From contig JAUCBJ010000943.1 in the NCBI GenBank assembly GCA_032718475.1, positions 15,475 through 79,474 of the forward strand: a stretch of 64,000 nucleotides of DNA, in the 5' to 3' direction. A model generated the notes under the pieces. It searched no databases and was not told the DNA's origin. It worked only from the letters and a program-made list of their open reading frames with translations. This document shows, piece after piece, positions 33,001 to 45,200 of this stretch (within the stretch, counting starts at the first letter, position 1; every line of letters begins with the position of its first letter). Origin of the DNA: Nemertoderma westbladi. Lineage: Eukaryota > Animalia > Xenacoelomorpha. The translations under genes and the position numbers were made by a program.

Positions 33001-35158
33001 CACTGACGCAAATACAGAGGCAGGGGCCACTGACGCAAATACAGAGGCAGGGGCCACTGACGCAAATACAGAGGCAGGGGCCTACTGACGCAAATACAGA
33101 GGCAGGGGCCACTGACGCAAATACAGAGGCAGGGGCCACTGACGCAAATACAGAGGCAGGGGCCACTGACGCAAATACAGAGGCAGGGGCCACTGACGCA
33201 AATACAGAGGCAGGGGCCACTGACGCAAATACAGAGGCAGGGGCCACTGACGCAAATACAGAGGCAGGGGCCACTGACGCAAATACAGAGGCAGGGGCCA
33301 CTGACGCAAATACAGAGGCAGGGGCCACTGACGCAAATACAGAGGCAGGGGCCACTGACGCATATACAGAGGCAGGGGCCAAAATACAGAGGCAGGGGCC
33401 ACTGACGCAAATACAGAGGCAGGGGCCACTGACGCAAATACAGAGGCAGGGGCCACTGACGCAAATACAGAGGCAGGGGCCACTGACGCAAATACAGAGG
33501 CAGGGGCCACTGACGCAAATACAGAGGCAGGGGCCACTGACGCAAATACAGAGGCAGGGGCCACTGACGCAAATACAGAGGCAGGGGCCACTGACGCAAA
33601 TACAGAGGCAGGGGCTAAAATACAGAGGCAGGGGCCACTGACGCAAATACAGAGGCAGGGGCCACTGACGCAAATACAGAGGCAGGGGCCACTGACGCAA
33701 ATACAGAGGCAGGGGCCACTGACGCAAATACAGAGGCAGGGGCCACTGACGCAAATACAGAGGCAGGGGCCACTGACGCAAATACAGAGGCAGGGGCCAC
33801 TGACGCAAATACAGAGGCAGGGGCCACTGACGCAAATACAGAGGCAGGGGCCACTGACGCAAATACAGAGGCAGGGGCCACTGACGCAAATACAGAGGCA
33901 GGGGCCACTGACGCAAATACAGAGGCAGGGGCCACTGACGCAAATACAGAGGCAGGGGCCACTGACGCAAATACAGAGGCAGGGGCCACTGACGCAAATA
34001 CAGAGGCAGGGGCCACTGACGCAAATACAGAGGCAGGGGCCACTGACGCAAATACAGAGGCAGGGGCCACTGACGCAAATACAGAGGCAGGGGCCACTGA
34101 CGCAAATACAGAGGCAGGCGCCACTGACGCAAATACAGAGGCAGGGGCCACTGACGCAAATACAGGGGCAGGGGCCACTGACGCAAATACAGAGGCAGGG
34201 GCCACTGACGCAAATACAGAGGCAGGGGCCACTGACGCAAATACAGAGGCAGGGGCCACTGACGCAAATACAGAGGCAGGGTCCACAGACGCAAATACAG
34301 AGGCAGGGTCCACTGACGCAAATACAGAGGCAGGGGCCACTGACGCAAATACAGAGGCAGGGGCCACTGACGCAAATACAGAGGCAGGGGCCACTGACGC
34401 AAATACAGAGGCAGGGGCCACTGACGCAAATACAGAGGCAGGGGCCACTGACGCAAATACAGAGGCAGGAGCCACTGACGCAAATACAGAGGCAGGGGCC
34501 ACTGACGCAAATACAGAGGCAGGGACCACTGACGCAAATACAGAGGCAGGGGCCACTGACGCAAATACAGAGGCAGGGGCCACTGACGCAAATACAGAGG
34601 CAGGGGCCACTGACGCAAATACAGAGGCAGGGGCCACTGACGCAAATACAGAGGCAGGGGCCACTGACGCAAATACAGAGGCAGGGGCCACTGACGCAAA
34701 TACAGAGGCAGGGGCCACTGACGCAAATACAGAGGCAGGGGCCACTGACGCAAATACAGAGGCAGGGGCCACTGATGCGAATACAGAGGCAGGAGCCACT
34801 GACGCAAATACAGAGGCAGGGGCCGCTGACGCAAATACAGAGGCAGGGGCCACTGACGCAAATACAGAGGCAGGGGCCACTGACGCAAATACAGAGGCAG
34901 GGGCCACTGACGCAAATACAGAGGCAGGGGCCACTGACGCAAATACAGAGGCAGGGGCCACTGACGCAAATACAGAGGCAGGGGCCACTGACGCAAATAC
35001 AGAGGCAGGGTCCACTGACGCAAATACAGAGGCAGGGTCCACTGACGCAAATACAGAGGCAGGGGCCACTGACGCAAATACAGAGGCAGGGGCCACTGAC
35101 GCAAATACAGAGGCAGGGGCCACTGACGCAAATACAGAGGCAGGGGCCACTGACACAA
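30029..35158. repeat. 27-bp minisatellite (gaggcaggggccactgacgcaaataca), ~190 units
   Basis: Direct tandem array, homogeneous centre, variant-rich edges. Confidence 0.98.
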
Positions 35159-36098
35159 CCCGGACCATAATACCTTACTAATTTAGAAAATGCTTGAAAG
35201 TAATTCGGTTCAAAAATGTGAGAAGTACTTTGCAAAACATAGTAAGCTTAGAACATCCATTTTAAAATGCCTACCAAGTCTATAAAATTAGTTAAGGAAT
35301 TTGCAAGTTTTGTTAAGTTTATCAAATGTGTAATTATCTTGAAAAATGTATTAAGGAAAGTTATCAAGTTTTGCAAAGTTCTTATATAAAGTTATCAAGT
35401 TTTGCTAAGTTCTTATATAAAGTTATCAAGTTTTGCTAAGTTCTTATATAAAGTTAGCAAGCTTTTAAAATTTTGTATACATCCCGGAAGAGGGGGGGAG
35501 GGGGGGGGGGGGGGGGGTCGGGTCGTTAATTATTTTATACATGGGTCTATGAGGTTCTCCCTTTCTCCCTTTTATACAGGTCGTAGGTTCCAGAATTATT
35601 TCAGCCTCAGCGGTGGGAAACTAATATTAATATTGATTCAAGACATTTAAATTTAATTATAAAGCAATTAAACATCTTTTACATACTAAACAAGATAAAC
35701 ATTGCTGTTACTGTAACTGTAACGTTACTAAATGATACTAAGGGAATTGCGCGATACTCTGAAATATTTCACACCATTTGCATAACTAAAACTATAAAAA
35801 CTAAAACTAACAATTACTACTTTTTATGGTTTTATTTTGTTAAGATGAATACTAATTCACCAGTTTCAACACGGTTTGAAAGCAGTTAAACCCGGCAAGA
35901 TTACTGGTCATGGTATATCAAAATACTAAGCTATTTTATTGTAGAATTTACAGGGTTAGCCAAAAGTACGAAATTTATTCTAAAACTATTTCTGAGGTAT
36001 AAAAACATAAAAAAATAACACCAAACTTATTAGTTTTATCAGATACTCGATAAACAGATATTACTAAAATTTCTCGCAGCTGTTGTAGCAACACGTGT

Positions 36099-38444
36099 TC
36101 AATCATGGTCATTGTCGCTGATGCATGGTACTCCAAAATATTTTTCACCATATGAAAAACCAATAAAATAATTAACTAGTTTTGTACTTTCAACTACGAT
36201 TTTGCCAGAACTAGTTAATAAAAAAAAACGTGCATTCCTATATAAACACTGTTTCAAATCATCACTGAGATTGGATAAGTCGAGATCGCCTAGTATTGAA
36301 TTTCCTACAAATGAGCTACAAAGGCAATAAATTTTGCCACTGTTATGCACAATAATATAATCAATATTTAAAAATACAAAATCATTATGCTCATTTTTAG
36401 TAAAGGCCAAATATGACTTAGATCGCAATTTGCGTGTGTGTTGAAATGAGTGATACACTTTGCCATTAACAAATATTCTATAAGCTGTACCTTTTACTTC
36501 AGAGAGCCGAATATTATATACTAATAATTCATCATATAATTGAGGCAACAAGGCAAATAATTTCCCAAGAATCTTTCCATTAATGTCCTTTGGCACAGAA
36601 CGACTATTTCGTAAATTTAATTTATATCGAATAAACCTTTTTATTATAATAGATGCTTCACTTTTGCTTCCAGACACTAGACACTTGAGATAATGAAAGG
36701 CACTTTCAAACATAGCCGCCGAGGAACTCTGTAAAGGACCGAACATCTCTACTTGATTTGGCAGATGGGATATAGCATGAAGAGATAGAGTTTGAGATGC
36801 ATTACCAAAAAGTGTAGCCACAGCCTGCCGAAAAAACCGAATCAATCCTTCCGAATCAGCAATACCTTGTGGTTCAATACTCTCATTTAGGAGAATGTGC
36901 AGCATAGTGGAAAAGCACAATATTGTAATAATAATCTTATTATCAACAGAAGTGACAAGAAAGAGAAATACCGCATAGTATAAGTAGAAATTTTTATATT
37001 CAGTTGCTTTCCAATGGCGTATGTAGTCTAGAGACCGTGGTTTTCTAGTGAAGGACACTGGCAGTTCAATGGATTCAAGTAGAGGGGAAATATCAGTAGC
37101 GCTCACCAAGTCCCGTTTAGTTAGAAAAGTTAGAATAGTTTTTCCTATACCTAAGTGTAACAGGTGCATTGGATCAAAGGGAGCGGCGATAGGTGTTTCT
37201 ATAATATCCATGAGAGGTGTCCGACCTTTAACACCACATTGTGGGGTATTCAGGACTTCAGCCGTTTCTGCCAGAGTAATGTTTGATGCATGAGACCGTA
37301 AAATTGATGGTGTTTCTTGGTACGGAAAAGTCATTTTGCGATACTGATAATCATAAGTACCTACTATAAAGCACCATGGACATCCGTAGTAAGCATTATG
37401 GTGACAGATATTTAGAGCATCAGCTTTTGCTGGTAAATCAGCAATAAGAATGAAAGGTTTAATTTTAATTGTAATACGATTAAACTCAAGAGAGAAATTC
37501 ATAATATTGTCAGTAGCCAATTGACATAAATGTAAAATATTAGGTTTATCGAAGCCATGATACAATGAAATTAAAAGAAGATTTTCGAATTTTTTACGTA
37601 CTGCCAAAGGAAGATTTATCACACATGCCATTACAGGCCATAAACAACACCCCTTAGACTTATGAACGGGAACCACACCGTCGGTATTTAAGCAGATATA
37701 TATATAGTACTCGGAAAGATCATTATCCTGAAAATTGAACAAGCTTCCACTTGTAATATCCATCAAAACGTGTGAATTAATATAATTTCTAAAGTTTGAA
37801 GCAACAAATTTAAATACGTCCGGATGCAATCTGAGCAATGCTTTCACCTGCTCCTCTAAATCAATATTATAAAATGTATTAGTGCCAGATTTACTTGTAC
37901 TACAATTTGTAGAAATTATATCACAGTAATCCAAAATGTCTTGCTTCTGAAATTCAGAGAAACGAGGTGTTTGGTTTGGTAATGGCAATATTTCGGCAAT
38001 GAAATCTAATATGTCTTTTACAGCTGAATCACTCAAGTGATGCTTCACAATAATATCAGAAAATTTATTTATGAATATCTCCCTTGTTAACTGTGACCCA
38101 CAATACAGATAGTCATCTACTTCACTTGTGACACTACTGTCATTTATTGCACCATCAGTCAATTTACTAACATCAAGATCAAATGGTATAGGAGAAGAAG
38201 TAAGCTGCGCATTGTTTCCAAAAACGTTGGTTATACTGGAAGAAAATTGTTCATACTCAGGAATTTCCTGAAGTTTCGGGATATCATTATCATGAAAAGA
38301 GTTAGAGTAAATTGAATCACTACTTGATGATGATGGAGATGTACTGCTGTTAGTATACGAAACTCTTCTTTTATGAACTTTATTGTATTTTGTCATAAAG
38401 TTCACTTTAGATTTACGAAAGTATGGTCTTTTTCTTGCACTCAT
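36099..38444 (-). CDS. EnSpm/CACTA-family DDE transposase, 781 aa
   Basis: Motifs LNTDG..., LWPV, IADLPAKA...HNAYYGCPWC, FDPMHLLHLG, WKATEY, H...HLP.QV..FGPL...SAAMFES. Confidence 0.9.
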   Translation of the reverse strand: MSARKRPYFRKSKVNFMTKYNKVHKRRVSYTNSSTSPSSSSSDSIYSNSFHDNDIPKLQEIPEYEQFSSSITNVFGNNAQLTSSPIPFDLDVSKLTDGAINDSSVTSEVDDYLYCGSQLTREIFINKFSDIIVKHHLSDSAVKDILDFIAEILPLPNQTPRFSEFQKQDILDYCDIISTNCSTSKSGTNTFYNIDLEEQVKALLRLHPDVFKFVASNFRNYINSHVLMDITSGSLFNFQDNDLSEYYIYICLNTDGVVPVHKSKGCCLWPVMACVINLPLAVRKKFENLLLISLYHGFDKPNILHLCQLATDNIMNFSLEFNRITIKIKPFILIADLPAKADALNICHHNAYYGCPWCFIVGTYDYQYRKMTFPYQETPSILRSHASNITLAETAEVLNTPQCGVKGRTPLMDIIETPIAAPFDPMHLLHLGIGKTILTFLTKRDLVSATDISPLLESIELPVSFTRKPRSLDYIRHWKATEYKNFYLYYAVFLFLVTSVDNKIIITILCFSTMLHILLNESIEPQGIADSEGLIRFFRQAVATLFGNASQTLSLHAISHLPNQVEMFGPLQSSSAAMFESAFHYLKCLVSGSKSEASIIIKRFIRYKLNLRNSRSVPKDINGKILGKLFALLPQLYDELLVYNIRLSEVKGTAYRIFVNGKVYHSFQHTRKLRSKSYLAFTKNEHNDFVFLNIDYIIVHNSGKIYCLCSSFVGNSILGDLDLSNLSDDLKQCLYRNARFFLLTSSGKIVVESTKLVNYFIGFSYGEKYFGVPCISDNDHD

Positions 38445-39059
38445 AACTATAACTACTGTATATATAAAGTCAAATCAATCAACGATAAACAAACATAAAA
38501 TTATAGCGTATCATTTGAATTTGATTTTTCACTACTTAAAATATTCCAAACCCATTTTATATTTTATTGCAAATAAAACAAACACAATAATAACAAACAA
38601 AACAAAACAATAATTGCACAGAAAATAATAAAATGGTGTTAACGTATCAATTTGTATAAATTAAAAAAATCCAACAATTATAAAATAACCTTATCCGTTA
38701 TATTTTTCATTTACAAAAACATAAGTTTAATGAAAAAAAATGATCGTTTTTCGATAATAACCTAGAGTTAAAAAGGCACCAAATAAACTACCGGTAATAG
38801 TTTTTTCCTAAAACAATTAAAAAAAAAAAACAATTCGTTCTTTCAGTGTAGACAATTTATTATTGTCATACCTGGTCTCCATTGTATTGCATAGATTTTG
38901 AAAAACAACTGCTTGCAAATATATATATATATATATACATATATACATATACCTGTATATCGTTCATCGGGCAAAAACAGTCAAAATTATACGAATATGA
39001 AAATATAAGGACTGCTGTTCGTATACGAAACTCTGCGCTTTTAAAATATCTTTATTGCA

Positions 39060-40310
39060 TTAATTAACACTCTCAGAATTAACATCATCCTGTCCCTGAT
39101 GAATGGCCACAATGCGACGACGTTTCCCATTACTCAGATCACATCCCAGCTGATTCACGGCAGTAATACAAGAACGAATTAGATCCATGTCGTCATATTT
39201 ATCCAGGTTAAATCGACTGACCAACGCATTGAGGAAGATTTCGGACTTGACAGGATCCAATGGAATGCGTTTCGTTGAACTCATTCTAACAGGGAAAAGA
39301 ATTCCTTTACTAAGTTCAGCATCAGTCCACAGCTTCCGTGCAATCAGAGCCCCATAAGTAGTCGGATTCATATTGCGACTACCCAGAGCTACAATATTTA
39401 TTTCGCCAAAATAAACTGGGGTCGGATTTGCTGTTGTCAATGATATTGAGCCGGAATCGATAGGGGGGCTCGATTGATATGAAGACGAGGAACTTTTCAA
39501 AAGCTTGTATATACCCTTAGTAAGTTCACTGGACCTCTTATTCTGCTTTGCTTGCAGTTTAACAACCATATTCATCGCGGTGGTGTTTCTATTCAACGCC
39601 TTGATTATAGGCTTAAGCAATGCATTGGTGGTAGAACTGCCAGTCTCAATGATTTCGGCATCGTCAGTTTCTTCTTCAGACAGACCACCATCAGAGCTTG
39701 AATTGGTTGAATTCCCTAAACCAACCGAACTTGATTTATTAACTTGGTCTACATCTGGAGTAGTAATACCGGTACGATGAACCCTACCTTCCCTTTCTGA
39801 GTCCTGATCTAGCACATTGTTAAAAAATTGATTAACATCGAAATTACCAGAATGAATATCGTCAGTGTTTGTGGCATGTTGCGAGTGGCGTGACTCATCC
39901 AGAAACCCAAAGCTGCTGTTCTCACTGATAGACCGTTTGTTAGCCTCTATTTGTAATCGGCGTTCCTTCGCGCGTATCTCTTCCTCGATTTCAGAATGGC
40001 CAAGATAAAGTGATGAAACAAGTCCAGTGGGACTTTCCCTGTCTTTTAAGGCAATGGTATCTCTTAGTTTTAGAGATTTAAGATCCAAGTCTCTCGGCAA
40101 TAAAGTTGAATTGCTTGTTATAGAAGTGTAACGGTTCTCTTCTGGAAAATACAGCAGTATGTATTGACAAGTAGAATATTTATCTACCGTTGTCCCTGGA
40201 ATACGTCGTGGCCTTGAGGCGGAAATAGTAGAGATTCGCGCGGCTGATGGTGAATTGATGGATTGCAGAGGGATCCCACTCACACTTGCTAACGCATTTG
40301 AATAATCCAT
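39060..40310 (-). CDS. Transposon accessory protein with C-terminal BEN-like domain, 416 aa
   Basis: Acidic/Ser-rich middle and coiled coil, then YGALIARKLWTDAELSKGILF...RIPLDPVKSEIF...AVNQ, which resembles the BEN pattern. Same strand as and upstream of the transposase. Confidence 0.7.
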   Translation of the reverse strand: MDYSNALASVSGIPLQSINSPSAARISTISASRPRRIPGTTVDKYSTCQYILLYFPEENRYTSITSNSTLLPRDLDLKSLKLRDTIALKDRESPTGLVSSLYLGHSEIEEEIRAKERRLQIEANKRSISENSSFGFLDESRHSQHATNTDDIHSGNFDVNQFFNNVLDQDSEREGRVHRTGITTPDVDQVNKSSSVGLGNSTNSSSDGGLSEEETDDAEIIETGSSTTNALLKPIIKALNRNTTAMNMVVKLQAKQNKRSSELTKGIYKLLKSSSSSYQSSPPIDSGSISLTTANPTPVYFGEINIVALGSRNMNPTTYGALIARKLWTDAELSKGILFPVRMSSTKRIPLDPVKSEIFLNALVSRFNLDKYDDMDLIRSCITAVNQLGCDLSNGKRRRIVAIHQGQDDVNSESVN

Positions 40311-42252
40311 AGGATTGATTACTCACTTTGAGTTCAAATGTATATAATGATATAAAGCTAGGCCTATTTACATAAATTATTTAGCAGATTAAACATTTAA
40401 CACTACCTATGGACCTGCTGGTTCAATTATGGTTTAGGCCTATAAGAAATGAATGAAGAAAACTAAAACTAAATAGATTACCGGGTTGCCTACTAAATTT
40501 CTACCTACAATTCTACTACCGGTAAGGTTTTTGTAGGTTTTTGGAAGGTCACATTTGGTCAACTGGTCAAGATTATATTTTATAGATACCGGTACACTAT
40601 GATTGATGATACAAAATTGTTTGAAAGAATGAGTCCGTCAGGTTTCATTGTCATATTAGTTAGGGGGGGTTGGGGTATAATAGGCCAGATTTACACAACA
40701 AATTTAGGCATGTGCTACTAATAATTTTATCCTTTTATACTTCCTACCGCTACCAGGCAGCCAGGGCAGTATGAACTATGCAATATTCTTACTTGTTAAT
40801 TTCTATTAGGCCTATTTGTTAAATATAATAGTTTAGTTATATATTTTAATTAACTATTTATTACACTATTACAGTATTAGTGTAGCCCCCCCCCCCCCCC
40901 CCCCCCCCCCCTATAAGTTCAGTAGTCTATTAGTATCATTAGCATCAATCAATGCATGCAGAATGCAGGCACGCGATTCAGCGAATGCAGAATGCAGGAA
41001 TGCCACCCCATCCCACAGTCCCATACTGCCATACTGCCATAAAAGCATAACGCAAACCATACAGCCATAACCCGATAACCACCTGACTGCCTGTGACCAC
41101 CAGCTGACCAGAGCCAGAGCTGCAGAGACCACCCACTGACGCTGACCCAGCCACCTAGCTGCCTGGAGCCTGGACCACTGCTGCACTGTACGTGTACAGT
41201 TATCAGCAGCAACGTACATACTACATATGTCAGGATGTAGGTCTGTAGTCAGGTAGTTGAGTTACCGGTCAGCCGGTACCGGACCATCTGACTGCTAACT
41301 TGCATCAGTCAGCTTGTCAGTCAGTCAGTAGTGACAAGACAACTGGACTGGACTGGAACTCATCAGCTGACAATGCTGCAATGCAAGTTGACTTGTTCAG
41401 TTGTTTTGAGTGTACAAATGAAATTAAAAGGCAAATTAAAGATGAAAAATCAAAAACCTAAAAACCCAGTTTCAGGCTTTTTTCAAATTTTAGGTTTTTG
41501 ACAAAACCTACAAAAACCTAGGTCTGTAGGTTTACAAAAACCTACTTTGCCAGCCCTGACTGGTTCTGGTGAGTGGTGGTCAGGTCAGGTGCAGGTGGTG
41601 GCGGTGTAGTGGCAGAGTGGTAGCTCGTCCGTCAGCCGGTCCGGTAGGGCCCATCGAACAGTCGAATGTAAAATGTAACCAATTTCAGAATTTCAACTAA
41701 CTGCTGACTGGCTGAACTGACTAACTTCAGAACTTACTCTGATTGCTGGATTGTCTGCCTGACAACACCAGCAAAGGTACCTGTACAGTACTGCAGTACA
41801 CTGCCTGACTGCAGTACTGATTAACTGAAATCACACTGCTGCACTGAAGCTACTGCCTGACTGCAGACTGCTGTACTGTGTACTGGTTGACAGGCAGACA
41901 GATAGGCTGACAGGGCAGGCCAGGCGTTACTCAGTACAGCAGTAGGCCTACTGCAGTCTGTGACACTGATCCCTAAACATTCCAACCAATAGGAAACCTT
42001 CACCATACACAATCATAGGGATAACTTACCAATTTTAATAAGTTTAATTCTCCTTCTAAATTTGTCAAGTTTATAACTAAATTTTTGATATGCACTTGTT
42101 ATGTTTAGAAAAATTTATATATCTTACAAACTTAATACAACTTGCTGTTTACATGCTAATATTGTAAAATTTATAATGTCGATCATTGGAAAATTGGGGG
42201 CATGCAAATTTTGTGTAAGTTTTACTAAATTAGTAAGGTATTTCGAACCGGG

Positions 42253-45200
42253 TAGAGCCGTTCTCGAGATATTGGGGTGGGGCAATAATAAATTATTAAT
42301 TAATACATAACTAATTAACGCTTACACTTTTTGCATTTTTTATTTTACCTACCCCCACTAAGTCGACCATTGCGAACATTTTTGCTGTGTTACGTTTTTC
42401 GATAGCTGCACTCCTTATAGGTTAAAATGCCTCCGAAACCGAAAATTCTAGAACATTGACCCCTGGAGGTCAAGGACAGGGTCGCAGCCCAAAACTAACG
42501 ACACTCTTCAGTAGCAACTCGTATACTGTCTACAAAATGGCGTCGGTCCCATCTTCGTAGCTGCAGCCATTCTCGAGATATCGGGGCGGGCCATATATTA
42601 ATTAGTAATTAACGAATATCTCATTAAGGGTTGGTCGTGCGGACTTGCCGCAGAAGACTTTTATACTCGAAATTCCATTCTCTACAACTTTGCCAGAGAA
42701 AATTTTTTCGTAGCTGCCGCCGTTTTCGAGATACAGCGCTAATGACATTTCGCTAATTAATAACTCATTAACGGTAATAGATATGGGTTCACCGTGACAG
42801 GGTTTTTTGTAGAGCTCGTCGAGACCAACAATATCGCCAGTCATTGTTTATATAAAAAGTCTTTTAGTTTTCGAGATATATCGATTAAAATTTTTCAATC
42901 GTTAATTACTAATTAATTAATTAACAAAATTTTTTGTAAAAAACTCCCAGATCTTAGATATTGGTCCTCTACACGATGCAAAAAACAGAATGACCGTAGC
43001 TATTTCCCTTCTATGAGATGTGCCTACTTGTCACCCCACTGCATAAGCCTGTAAATATTGAGCAGGATAGGTTGGTGTTATATGTTTTGTGCTCTCTGTG
43101 TTTCGTTCTCTGTGGCGTTTTCTATGGTCTATGAGGTCTCTATCGAGCCCTTTGGGCTCTATCCACGCCTGATCCCATCTAGAGTAGAGCGCAAATGAGG
43201 ACATTTGCGCATGCAAGCATCACTGCGTGGGGCAATTTAATTAATAGTACTTGTGGTTTTATTGTGTTGTACCAACCCAAACATTGTAAATATGAAGAGA
43301 TGTTATTATCTATACCCATGCATTTGGAATCATACACAGGTGATGCCTTCAATTATTCAATTCAAAATATTGAAGAAATCTAAGTCGATTTGTAAGGCAG
43401 GTTCAAGCATATACATTTATTGTATTGGTTAACTCCATTATACAAATGTAACGATTAATACCTCAGAAAACTTTTAACTACATGTAGTACTACTGGACCA
43501 GTATATTAGTAATAGCTTACAGACAGCTATAGCAAATACCCACCCACCACCCTTAACATGATTACTTTAATTTCAAATAAACCATGGGTGATTGTTTAAT
43601 GATGGTTCACCCAGCCATTTCATGTCTGGGTGAACCAAATGACTTTTGTATACAACCTGACTTCCAAATATCCTTATGTTTTATCACGAAAACTATGATC
43701 AAATATCTTTGACCTTTTGACCCTTAACATTTAAACTTTTTGCATTTTTTATTTCATCTACCCCCACTAAGTCGACCATTTTGAACATTTTTGCTGTGTT
43801 ACGTTTTTTGATAGCTGTACTCCTTATAGGTCAAAAGGTCACCGAAACGCTAAATTCTAGAACATTGACCTCTAGAGGTCAAGCACAGGGTCACAGCCCA
43901 AAACTAACGGCACTCTTCAGTAGCAACTCATACACTGCCTACAAAACGGCGTTGGTCCCATGTCCGTAGCTAAAGCCGTTCTCGAGATATTGGGGTGGGG
44001 CAATAATTAATTATTAATTAATACATAACTAATTAACACTTACACTTTTTGCATTTTTTATTTTACCTACCCCCACTAAGTCAACCATTGCGAACATTTT
44101 TGCTGTGTTACGTTTTTCGATAGCTGCACTCCTTATAGGTTAAAATGCCTCCAAAACCGAAAATTCTAGAACATTGACCCCTGGAGGTCAAGGACTGGGT
44201 CGCAGCCCAAAACTAATGACACTCTTCAGTAGCAACTCGTATACTGTCTACAAAATGGCGTCGGTCCCATCTTCATAGCTGTAGCCATTCTCGAGATATC
44301 GGGGCGGTCCATATATTAATTAGTAATTAACGAATATCTCATTAAGGGTTGGTCGTACAGACTTGCCGGAGAAGACTTTTATACTCGAAATTCGATTCTC
44401 TACAACTTTGCCAGAGAAAATTTTTTTGTAGCTGCCGCCGTTTTTGAGATAAAGCGCTAATGAGATTTCGCTAATTAATAACTCATTAACGGTAATAGAT
44501 ATGGGTTCGCCGTGACAGGGTTTTTTGTAGAGCTCGTCGAGACCAACAATATCGCCAGTCATTGTTTATATAAAAAGTCTTTTAGTTTTCGAGATATATC
44601 GATTAAAAGTTTTCAATCGTTAATTACTAATTAATTAATTAACAAATTTTTTTGCAAAAAACTCCCAGATCTTAGATATTGGTCCTCTACACGATGCAAA
44701 AAACAGAATGACCGTAGCTATTTCCCTTCTATGAGATGTGCCTACTTGTCACCCCACTGCATAAGCCTGTAAATATTGAGCAGGATAGGTTGGTGTTATA
44801 TGTTTTGTGCTCTCTGTTTTTCGTTCTCTGTGGCGTTTTCTATGTTCTATGAGGTTCTCTGTCGAGCCCTATGGGCTCTATCCACGCCTGATCCCATCTA
44901 GAGTAGAGCGCAAATGAGGACATTTGCGCATGCAAGCATCACTGCGTGGGGCAATTTAATTAATAGTACTTGTGGTTTTATTGTGTTGTACCAACCCAAA
45001 CATTGTAAATATGAAGAGATGTTATTATCTATACCCATGCATTTGGAATCATACACAGGTGATGCCTTCAATTATACAATTCAAAATATTGAAGAAATCT
45101 AAGTCGATTTGTAAGGCAGGTTCAAGCATATACATTTATTGTATTGGTTAACTCCATTATACAAATGTAACGATTAATACCTCAGAAAACTTTTAACTAC

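Larger units (their letters stand above)
35159..42252 (-). mobile_element. EnSpm/CACTA (CMC)-type DNA transposon with two intact ORFs
   Basis: Imperfect TIRs cccgg....aataccttactaatttag at both ends. ~31-bp subterminal repeats at 35358-35460. CMC-type transposase ORF inside. Confidence 0.85.

Noticed and set aside
29911-35235. Many long ORFs up to 1450 aa (EAGATDANT, CLCICVSGP, LRQWPLPLY)
   Set aside because: Products of a stop-poor 27-bp repeat. Indel units shift frames freely and there are no convincing unique coding flanks.
40481-41558. Possible hAT-like MITE inside the EnSpm element (ends ...gccagccctg; aggtttttgtagg motifs)
   Set aside because: Left end and TSD could not be identified.
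42602-42844. Repeated 80-aa ORF with GLDELYK resembling the GFP C-terminus, and other 62-aa ORFs in the units
   Set aside because: Short chance match. These ORFs are broken by stops in several units.
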